Both the position numbers and the translations under genes were made by a program. Shown in pieces: positions 27,996 to 38,153 of a stretch of DNA of 64,000 nucleotides. The notes under the pieces were generated by a model. That model worked only from the letters and a program-made list of their open reading frames with translations. It was not told where the DNA came from and ran no database searches. The DNA lies in the NCBI GenBank assembly GCA_964016885.1, contig OZ024743.1, positions 259,284,001 to 259,348,000 on the forward strand, read 5' to 3'. Source of the stretch: Eledone cirrhosa. Lineage: Eukaryota. Position 1 is the stretch's first letter; each line of letters starts with the position of its first letter.

Positions 27996-28472
27996 AATTA
28001 AAATAACAGATTAAAGTTTAAGCAAAGAATCGCTGCTTTCACCCTTAACGGGATCTTCTGAAATTAACAAAGTCAATCTGTGAACCCAGAAGTGAATATT
28101 TAAAAAAAACGTTGCAACCGGAGGAAGACAGGAAGACGATACTTTGGTTCGTGGAAACGTTCCCTGGTAAAGAACGGGAAAAAACGAATATAATACGTCA
28201 TTATTTGGAATTATGTGAAAAACAATTACACGCAAAGACAGAACCACGTTTATGATATAAAAGAAGTCGTAGACTAATGTTCTCTTAGGTGGTTCATAGA
28301 GACGTTCTCTGGCAATGAACGAAAAAAACGGAGATAATACGTCATATGTGGAGCGTGGATAACAATTGCACGCAAAGACAAAACCACGTAAATGGTATAA
28401 CTGAAGTCGTAGACTAAAATTCTAACTAGGAAACCGAGTGATTCTCGGCTTCAGAGTTAAGAATAAAGTAAT
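27996..28472 (-). mobile_element. CAGAAGA-hammerhead repeat family, most complete copy
   Basis: Collinear with 11693-12132. Fold at 28006-28081; 3' end TTATTTTAAT abuts (TA)n. Confidence 0.75.
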
Positions 28473-28627
28473 TTTATTTCCTTTATTTCACTTAATATTT
28501 CAAAACCATTCAAACGTGAAACCGCTAAGGTTATTATTAATACATTTTCTTAAATACTCCAATTGCATTTTCAACCTCTTTCCCCTATATATTCACCCGT
28601 GGGTGATATAGTGATATAAAACTTACC

Positions 28628-28672
<45 letters not shown>

Positions 28673-28781
28673 TATAGATATATATAACAAATAGGGTGTG
28701 GTAAGATACCAGGTGGACCATAACGCACCAAAGTACTCAATACTTGGGGTAGTAGAGTGGGTTGGGTAATATAAAACAAGC

Positions 28782-28870
28782 CAGAACCCCGATGGCTGAG
28801 CACCGGCCGTTTAGACAGCTAGATCCGAACTAGCTGTCGAAATGGCCGGAGCTCAACCGTCGGGGTCCTG
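28782..28870. repeat. GC-rich imperfect palindrome; half-copies at about 3187-3226 and 13058-13090
   Basis: ACCCCGATGGCTGAGCACCGGCCGTTTAGACAGCTAG...CTAGCTGTCGAAATGGCCGGAGCTCAACCGTCGGGGT. Confidence 0.75.
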
Positions 28871-29240
28871 ACACTTTTCATATATGTATATATATATATA
28901 TATTATAAGTATGTACACGTACATGCATATATGTATACAGACGTACAGTAGTATGTATATATATATATACATACATGCACACATATATATATATGTACGT
29001 ATGGATTCAACGAACATTTATTATAATGCTCGGTGTGTTTGTAAGCAAACATCCCGTATTAAGCCGTAGTATCTAGCAACCATCGTTGCTCGTTTGTTCA
29101 ACACTGACAAAGGATATATGTATGTACGTGTACATACTTATATTTAAGTAACAGCCGTACTGAGAGTGGGAAATGAAATTTCGTTTCATTTTTTCCGTTT
29201 ATATATATATTGCTTAAACTTTAATCCGTTATTTTAATAA

Positions 29241-29320
<80 letters not shown>

Positions 29321-29453
29321 GTGTGCTTGCTAGTTAGGCGTTAAAATACAGTTACAGGCGGAGCGCCGTTCGAAGTACTCGATTCTGTTACGAGTTCCGT
29401 CCCCTGTGGGTTGTATTCCAGAGTTAATGCGGCTGTAGTGTGCAGAGTGTAAA

Positions 29454-29685
29454 TAGATTAAGTAGAATCGAAGCCAGTGTAGCAGCATATGTACTCACGT
29501 TATTGGTATATTACAATTGTTTCTATGTCTATCAGCTCAGGGTACAATCAAAATGACGAGGCCGACTCTTTTTCGACATCTCGTCATTTTGATTGTACCC
29601 TGAGCGGATCGATATCGAAACAATTGTAATACACAATAAAGACGCTACATATGCTGCAACACTGACTTAGACTCTACTTAATCTC
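29454..29685. repeat. About 230-bp imperfect inverted repeat (pLTR-like arms)
   Basis: The perfect inner arm GCTCAGGGTACAATCAAAATGACGAG / CTCGTCATTTTGATTGTACCCTGAGC is flanked by outer arms that pair out to AGATTAAGTAGA / TCTACTTAATCT. Confidence 0.85.
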
Positions 29686-29917
29686 TCTCTCCCTCTCGAT
29701 ATATAGATGCATTATCAGCGTGTGGCTGATTGGTTAGAGAACTGGATTCGCAATCGTGAGGCTGTCAGTTCGATTCCTGGACTGGGTTATGCGTTATGTC
29801 CTTGAGCAAGACACTTTATTTTACGTTGCTCCGTCTACCTGGAGTTTCGACCGATAGATAGTATTACCAAATGGAAATATTGCTTCCTCGGTCCGATTTG
29901 ACGAAAGTCGATCGACA

Positions 29918-29949
<32 letters not shown>

Positions 29950-30238
29950 ATGTATATATGTATATATAGCAAGCATTACTGTTTGTTAGGCCTTCCTTAT
30001 ACTACTTGCCACTGCTTTATGCCTTAAACTATATGAAGGTTACGAAAAACAAAACACTTTTACTGAGTTATTCATATATGTCATTACAAAGTAAAATATT
30101 TCCACATATGAAAAATGTGTAAAATCGTTTGATGTTCCTGCTATGAATTATTGTTGACGTTTGGATACTATCCAACTCAGTTATCATTGTTAATGATGTC
30201 TTTCTTTGCCAATGCTCCACACATACACACCCGCGCGT

Positions 30239-30299
<61 letters not shown>

Positions 30300-30404
30300 A
30301 AGGGAATGTTACGTGCAGTTACTGTAGGTTCACCCGAGTGAGCACTCGATGCGCAGTTTCCAGTCGGTAAAGAGATGTAGAACTAAGCAGAGTGTAATAA
30401 TAAT

Positions 30405-30761
30405 GATGATTTCTTTATTGGCCACAAGGGCTGACATCAAGAAAAACATTACAGACGGCAGAGGACGGTACGATGTGGGTTTTGTGCGTGTAAAGATTGT
30501 TATTATTTATATAAGAAACGAAAAAGAAAAAAGACTTAGAAACATTATATATATAAACAATAAAAATGAAAACTCAAACAATGAAAAATTCCCTAATAGG
30601 GGGAAACCTCCGAGGGTTACTCGTGGCGAAAACCACACAAAAGACCACGGCCACCCTGACCACCAGGGCAAGCGCCCTCTCTCAATTTTTCCATTTCTCA
30701 AACTACAAGCGTATATTCATAGCATTCCCGTTTACTCGGACCATTCTCGTTACATTCACCA
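30405..30761 (-). mobile_element. Tx1-like LINE 3' fragment (ORF2 end plus 3' UTR)
   Basis: Minus translation VNVTRMVRVNGNAMNIRL* is homologous to the ORF2 ends at 31261 and 49442. Terminus GCCCTTGTGGCCAATAAAGAAATCATCATTATT. Confidence 0.85.
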
Positions 30762-30979
30762 GCAATTATCCAGTGCATTACTGGTACTTTATTTTATCGA
30801 CCTCGTAAGGATGAAATGCAATGAATTGAACTCAGACTGTAAAGAGGCGTAACTCTATGCTGCAAAGCATGGTGTCCGACCTTATACCGTTACTGCCAAT
30901 CCACCGCCATAATAATAATAATAAAAATAATGATTTCATCTATTAGCCACAAGGGCCGACATGTAGGGGACAATAATAA

Positions 30980-31011
<32 letters not shown>

Positions 31012-32161
31012 CTTTCTTTATTAACCACAAGGGTTTACATAAAGTAGACATTAAGGGCAGTGCAGGACAATACAGGACGGTACAAATGGGCATTTATGCG
31101 TGTAAAAAAAACAAAAACAGAGGATGTAATAAAATAACAATGAAATATTCCCCAATAGGGGGGAGACTTCGGAGGGACATTTGTGGAGAAAGCCCATTAA
31201 AAGGCCACAGTGACGCTGACCACCAGGGCAAGTGCTCTCTCCCAGTTTTCCACCTTTAATTTACAGACACATACTCAGAGTAGGCCCATTCAGTCGGGCC
31301 ATTCTTGCTTCTCTCACCCATCTTTCAACAAAATGCTGGGAAGAGAGCACTTCCCTCTCTACCCTGATTTTCTTTTTCAAATTAAATTTGAAAAAGTCAA
31401 TCAGGGCATCACCGAAGAGGTAAGTGTTCGTCTTCAGCCCTTTCAAACGTGTCCACCATACTATCTCTTTCGCCATGGCCACCAGACAGATAAAAACTGC
31501 CTGCCCTTCCCGGCTAAAGGAAGAGGGGGGGGGGGCAATCCTCACGATGGACTCAGCTGATAGCTGGATTCGTCCTACACGCGACAGCAGGTGTTCGACA
31601 TAAACCCACAAGTCAGCAATTCTCGGACACTGGACGAGTGCGTGCAGGACGGTTTCGTCGCCCTTCGCGCATCTCGGACATGCCCGGCTGACGGCACCTC
31701 CATGCCTGTAGAGTTTATCCCGAACTGACAAGGCTCCTCGGTAGCACTGCCAGGCCAGGGATTTCTGGAAGTTGTCCATAGGCTCCGGCCCGAAAGTCCT
31801 TCCGAAGAGATTGGCTAGTTGATTTTCGTCGAGGCCTAGAGTTTCCCCAAGTACGTCGTCGCTCTTCCCCTCCACTATTCCTCTATAGAACGCCGAGGTG
31901 GAGTTTCCACCGATCACATTGCCCGATTGGTCGAGGGCTGTGAGCGCCTGAAGACATTCCAGTCTCCAAGCGCTCCCTCTCGATCTTCGCTTGACCCAGG
32001 ACTGAGCTCCGTCAAGGAAACGAGCTGGGCAAAGACGCGTCTAGCAAACGGGGACCACACATGATCACCGTCGAGGAAGAGGTGGAGATGTCGTAACCTG
32101 AGCGCGTGTCTGCGCATCATCAGCCACGGCATTCCCAGCCCTCCACGTAGCGGGTGTTGAC

Positions 32162-32163
<2 letters not shown>
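31012..32163 (-). mobile_element. Tx1/L1-clade LINE, 3' half (ORF2 C-terminus, zinc finger, 3' UTR)
   Basis: [12 protein letters not shown]... and CPRC...ETVLHALVQC; highly similar to 48529-49442. Ends CCCTTGTGGTTAATAAAGAAA followed by (TAT)n. Confidence 0.92.
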
Positions 32164-32212
<49 letters not shown>

Positions 32213-32215
<3 letters not shown>

Positions 32216-34160
32216 TTGTTACCGGACGAACAGAAAGGATGCCGAAAGAAGTCACGTGGTACAAAGGACCAGTTACTTATTGATAAGATGGTAATGAGGA
32301 ATTGCAAGAGGAGATACACTGGTCTTGCCATGGGATGGATAGACTACAAAAAGGCATTTGACATGGTGTCTCATTCTTGGTTCACCAAAAGCCTGGAGAT
32401 CTTCAAGGTGGCAGATAACACAGACAGTTGTTGGGTAAAAGTATGAAGTCCTGGGAAACAGAGTTAACATCAACTGGAGAATCCTTGGGAAGCGTGAAGA
32501 TCAAGAGAGGTATCTTCCAGGGAGATAGTCTGTCCCCTCTGTTGTTTGTCCTTGCCCTGATGCCCCTGACCAGTGTACTGCGAAAAGTGAGAGCAGGATA
32601 CAGGTTGGGAAAGGGAGGGCTTGCCATCAATCACCTCCTCTTCATGGACGATCTTAAGCTCTTCGGGAAGAGTGAGAAGGAGTTGGATGTGCTTGTTGAC
32701 ACTGTCCGTATTTTCAGCAATGATATATGTATGCAATTTGGTATTAGTAAGTGTGGAGTCATTGTGATGAGGAGGTGTAAGTTGAGCAGAAGTAACGGAA
32801 TCCAGATACCAACAGGTGAGATGATAAAAGTAATTGACTCTGAGGAAGGATACAAGTATTTGGGCGTTCTGGAGGCTGATGACATCAAGAACAAAAAAAT
32901 GAAGGAATTGATAAGAACTGAATACCTTCGGAGAGTAAGGAGCGTATTAAAGTCACATCTGAACAGTAGGAATGCCATAAGTGCAGTAAATTTCCGAGCT
33001 GTGTCTATTATTAGGTACAGTGCGGGAATTCTGAGATGGAATGTTGCTGAACAAAAAGAAATGGATAGGAAGACTAGGAAGCTATTGACTATCTACAATA
33101 TGTCCCACAAGAGGAGTGATGTCGATAGGTTCTACTTAAGGAGATCTGAGGGTGGAAGAGGTCTTATCAGCACAGAGGACTGTGTTCAGATGGAGAAAAA
33201 CAACCTACACAAATACGAGACTGATAGTAAGGAGCCACTGCTCAGAACTGTACTGAAGGAGGGGACAATAGGCCAGGGGATGTCCAAGGAGGAAATAACA
33301 TCAAGGAGAAAGAGCAGCCTTCAGGAAAAATCCCTTCATAGTACTTTCTTTGAGAAAACTGAATTTAGAGATCCACAGACATGGAACTGGTTGAAAAGAG
33401 GAGACCTTAAAAAGGCTACAGAAGGAATGTTAATGGCTGCGCAGGAGCAGGCCCTCAAAACGAAGTGGTTGAAACACCACATTTACAAGGAGGAGGCTAG
33501 CCCACTGTGCAGGGTCTGTGGAGAGAGAGAGGAGACTGTGGCTCACATTGTATCCGAGTGTAAACACCTAGCCCAGACTCACTGTAAGGGCTGGAGACAT
33601 GATGTGATGGGCAGGGTGATCCACTGGCACCTATGCAAAGTAAACAATTTACCACATTCTGAGAAGTGGTATGAGCATAAGCCAGAAGCGGTGATAGAAC
33701 ACGATCAGGTGAAGGTGCTGTGGGATTTTAGGATACAGACGGACAAGAAACTGGAACACAATAGACCTGACCTGGTGGTTTTGGACAAAGAAAAAAGATC
33801 GTGCCTGATTGTGGATGTGGCCTGCCCATTCGACATGAGAGTGCAAGAGAAGGAGAGGGAGAAAATTAACCGATACCAGGACTTAAAGTGGGAGGTAAAA
33901 AGGATTTGGAACTGCCATGAAGTCAAAGTGATCCCGATTGTCATAGGCGCACTAGGGACTATCTCAAAAAGTTTCCAGGGATGGTTAAAGAAAATTGGCC
34001 CCTACACGCTTTTTGGAACGCTTCAAAAGGCATGCTTGCTGGGAACAGCAAGAACCCTCGATACGTCCTGAATATCTGAGGCTGCAGGTAGTGGCTTGAT
34101 ATTCATCTCAACAAACTTTCCAGTTAACTAACATCAATGACTGAGACTCAAAGAGTAATA
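32213..34160 (+). mobile_element. R4/Dong-clade RLE non-LTR retrotransposon A, 5'-truncated, in (AAT)n
   Basis: EQKGC, DYKKAFD, GIFQGDSLSP, FMDD, CRVC..ETVAHIVSEC, RHD and NRPD..DVACP..EKEREK..RY (PD-D/ExK nuclease). Frameshifts at about 32425 and 34060; (AAT)n on both sides. Confidence 0.93.
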
Positions 34161-34162
34161 AC

Positions 34163-34203
<41 letters not shown>

Positions 34204-34205
<2 letters not shown>

Positions 34206-35908
34206 TCACCTGTTCTACATGGATGACCTGAAACTATTTGCAAAAAATGATGAACAATTGCAAGGGCTATTATCCACTGTGAAGCAGTTCAGTGATGACA
34301 TTAAAATGGAGTTTGGACTGGATAAATGCGCCAAAGCAACGTTCACCAGAGGAAAGCTGCTGAAGAGTTCAGACATTAATCTTGATCGGGGGAACGTGAT
34401 AAGAGAGCTTGATCAAGAACAAACTTACAAATATCTAGGTGTTTGTGAAGGAGACGGAATCAAGCACTCGACAATGAGGGAAAGGATAAGGAAGGAATGT
34501 TACCGCAGAGTCAGAGCAATCTTAAGAACGGAATTGAATGCAAGGAATAGGATCGATGCCATAAACACGCTTGCCATACCAGTAGTAACCTACAGTTACA
34601 ATGTCATCAACTGGTCAAGCACAGAGATCCGTAGGCTCGATACAAAAATCCGAAAATTCTTAACCATGCACAGAATGCATCACCCTAAGGCAGACATAGA
34701 TAGAATATATCTCCCTAGGAAAGAAGGAGGACGTGGGTTAATCCAGTTAGACATTGCGTTGAAAACTGCAACAATTGGATTATCCACATATCTAAGGGAA
34801 TCACATGATTGGATGATCAAACTCGTTTTGAAACACGAAAGCACCAAAAGATCATATTCCATTACAAAAGATGCACAAAGATACAGTAATGGACTACAAA
34901 TTTCAGAAGTCCCATTTACTGCTGAAATGGAAAACACAGAAAAAGCAAAGCAGGTAAAAGTAACTGCAAAGAAAGAACTGCTACAGAAACTGGCTAAGAA
35001 ATGGCAAGAAAAGCCTCTGTATGGAAAATACCCAGAGCGAGCTAACAATCCTGATGTTGACAAAACTTTAACCCATCAGTGGTTGGCATCCTCTGGACTG
35101 AAATCGGAGACTGAAGGACTGATTATATCCGCACAAGATCAGTGTCTGCCAACAAAAAATTACCAAGCCAACATAATAAAAAATGGGTGCAGCCCATTAT
35201 GCCGTGTATGCAAAAAACAACCAGAGACCATTGACCATATAATTTCAATGTGCAGTCCTATAGCTCCAACCGAATACCTAAACAGGCATGACAGAGCTGC
35301 ACAATACATACATTGGATAATGTGCAAGCATTTTGACCTGCCCCATCAAAAGAATTGGTGGGAGCATCAACCACCTCCCATACTTGAAAAAGATCACATC
35401 TCAATCTTGTGGAACTTTAGCATCCAAACAGACCGAAAAATAGATGCAAATAGACCTGATATAATATTGAAGGACTTTCAAAAGAGGGTATGCCTGCTAA
35501 TTGATATGTCTGTTCCAATAGACAAGAATGTATCTATAAAAACATTTGAAAAATTGAGCAAGTATAAGGACCTGGAGATAGAAATTGGAAAAATGTGGAA
35601 ATTGAGAACTAAAACAATACCAGTGGTTGTAGGCGCTCTGGGAATGATACCTAAGGGGTCTAACGACTACTTATCGCAAATCCCAGGAAACCCGCGTATA
35701 GGAGAAATACAAAAGATAGTACTAATGGGAACTGCCCATATACTAAGGAAGATCCTGTCAATATAAGTACATCACAAGTCTAAACACTAAGGATGCATGT
35801 GTGAATATGTGTGTTCTTTCTTGAACATGGCGGACCTTGTTGTCTCTTGGGGTCACTGGTTGTGACTTGGTGATAACTCGTATAAACATAAAGCAAGATA
35901 AATGCAAA
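34204..35908 (+). mobile_element. R4/Dong-clade RLE retrotransposon B, 5'-truncated, in (AAT)n
   Basis: NHLFYMDD, GGRGL, CRVC..ETIDHIISMC, RHD and NRPD..DMSVP..EKLSKY. Open frame 34219-35766; (AAT)n on both sides. Confidence 0.93.
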
Positions 35909-37394
35909 TAATAATAATAATAATAATAATAGGGAAGAAGACGCACATGGTGAAAAGAAGGTCATGAAATAACTCGTTTTTGATTTTTAACATATTTAAA
36001 TCAATTGTGAAATAACAATTCTTAGTACAAATAATGCATAAAGCACCAGACTCAAGCCTCAGAAAGATTCGGATCCATAATATATTGTTATATCGTTCAA
36101 ATATTCAATTTTGTAATATACATTTTACATTCAAAAAAGAAAATGGTTATAAATGGAAGAAAACACCCTCTGTCTACACTATATAGAACAGCCAAATAAC
36201 TATTTCTACTTTTGGCACGAGGCCAGCAATTATCCCAGTGTATTACTGGTACTTTATTTTATCGACCCCGTAAGGATGAAAGGCAAAGTTAACCTCGGCG
36301 GGATTTGAACCAAATAACAGCAATTTCACCAACACCACAAACTAGATACACCACCTACCCCATCACTCCTCTGTGTACACTAAATACAACAGCCAGATAA
36401 CGGCAATTTAACCACCACCACCACCAATCCCAGCATAATAATTATAATTACTATTATTATTGTCTCAAGTCTTCACACAATGTTTAATTCCAATATTAAG
36501 AAAAAATATGTCAACACATATACGCGACTAACCCCATAGATTCACCGATCAAACAAAAATACAGTCTATTCAACAAAACTCAGTAACGACAACGCCATCA
36601 CTACAGTCACCGCCGCCACCACCCATCCATCATTACTACCACTATCCCATCACCGCCGCCACCACTCCTTCATTGCTACCTCCGCTATTCCCCCATTACC
36701 TTCTGTTAACTTACGAAAGGGGAAGGTGGCGGTATTACTAGACAATATTAATAAACAAGATTAATATTTAATTTTGGATCAGGAATGTTAGAGTCGAAAA
36801 GGAGAAAAATGGCAAAATGACTAAATAGCTAAATAGCTAAAGATAATTTCACCACCAACACCACCACCACTACCACGATGAAAACTCTGGTCAAGTCGCC
36901 TCAACCGCTATTTCTACTCCAACTTCAACACCATCACTACAGTACTACGATCACATCACCACCACCACTGCCTCATTATCGCTATTCTCTCCCACTACCT
37001 CCTGCTAGGTGCTGCTAGCACAGCACCGCCACCGCCACCACCACCACCACCACTGCCTCATTATCACTACCGCCGCTATTCTCTCCCGCTACTCCCTGCT
37101 ACATCGTAGTGTCCCCACTAAAATAGGAAGGCATGAAAATATATAAATAGACTGAATTGATGACCCGGTCAAAATCAAAAAACCAAAAATCAAAATCAAA
37201 GCAGCACAGCAACAACGAAAAACGTAAAGAAAAGAAAAATGAAGAGAAAAACAAACAGACGGACAGAGAAGGGAAGGGAAAAACTAAGTCAGACATTCAA
37301 ACATTAAATTACAATGAAACTTATGCTTATTCATTTTTGGGGTTTTTTTTGCCTGTTTATTTGATTGTTTATTTATGTTCGTCTACAGCGTGAT

Positions 37395-38153
37395 AATGCC
37401 ACACAAAAATCACCGGGAGTGACGAAATCACCGGAGATGATGAAATCACCGGTGGTTATGTAACCATACATTCGCCAATCCTCGATAAGAGTGTTTAAAT
37501 GTCGAACCTAAACAGTTCGAATAACGGTGAAATGGAGACTAGAATGTCATGTGACAGACTCTCACCCAACAGGTGCTCCCTGGCTCAGCAGCAGGGACCT
37601 GGCTGTCAACCAAATACTGCTGGTGTCGGAGGAGGAAGAAGAAGGAAAGGGACCAGAACCAACTGGACGAAAGAATTGAATAGAACTGTTATGCAATGTT
37701 ACCTGAAGAGTAACCCCAAGGAAAAAGGCTATAGGAAACGGATGCATAACATCTGGAACGAGATTGGTCTATTTAAATTAGATGAACAAAAATTGGCCGG
37801 GCAGGCTCGGGTAATAAGATCTAATGGGTAGATAAGTGAGCTGGAACTGGAGGAACTGAGCAGAGAGATTAGGTTGGAAATGGAGAGTGGAGTATGCCAG
37901 GCAAACGAACCAGTGGGAAATGAAGGTGAAGAGGTTGAGAGAACGGAGGAATCATCCGAAGCAGACAATAATCTGAATGCTGAAATAAAAAATACCTGGA
38001 ACAAAGATACGGCCATTGAGGAGATGAATGCTGACGGGCTAGGACAAGATTTGGTTGATATCCTAAACTTAGTGGTAGATGAATTGAACAATGATAGTGG
38101 GAAACCTATGAACCTAATATTTGTAGACAGGAAAAAGTTAAAAGAAAAAAGTT
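37395..38153 (+). mobile_element. R4/Dong-clade 5' fragment (N-terminal domain), 3'-broken
   Basis: RTNWTKELNRTVMQCY..S.P..KGYRKRMHNIW...EQKLAGQARVI..NG*ISELELEEL, the N-terminal block typical of R4/Dong ORFs. Confidence 0.8.

Noticed and set aside
29718-29790. tRNA gene
   Set aside because: The A and B boxes lead into a SINE CORE-like box; there is no intact cloverleaf.
37395-37500. HDV-like ribozyme at the R4 5' end
   Set aside because: Plausible for the clade, but I could not build P1-P3 pairings; only a triplicated AAATCACCGG unit is visible.
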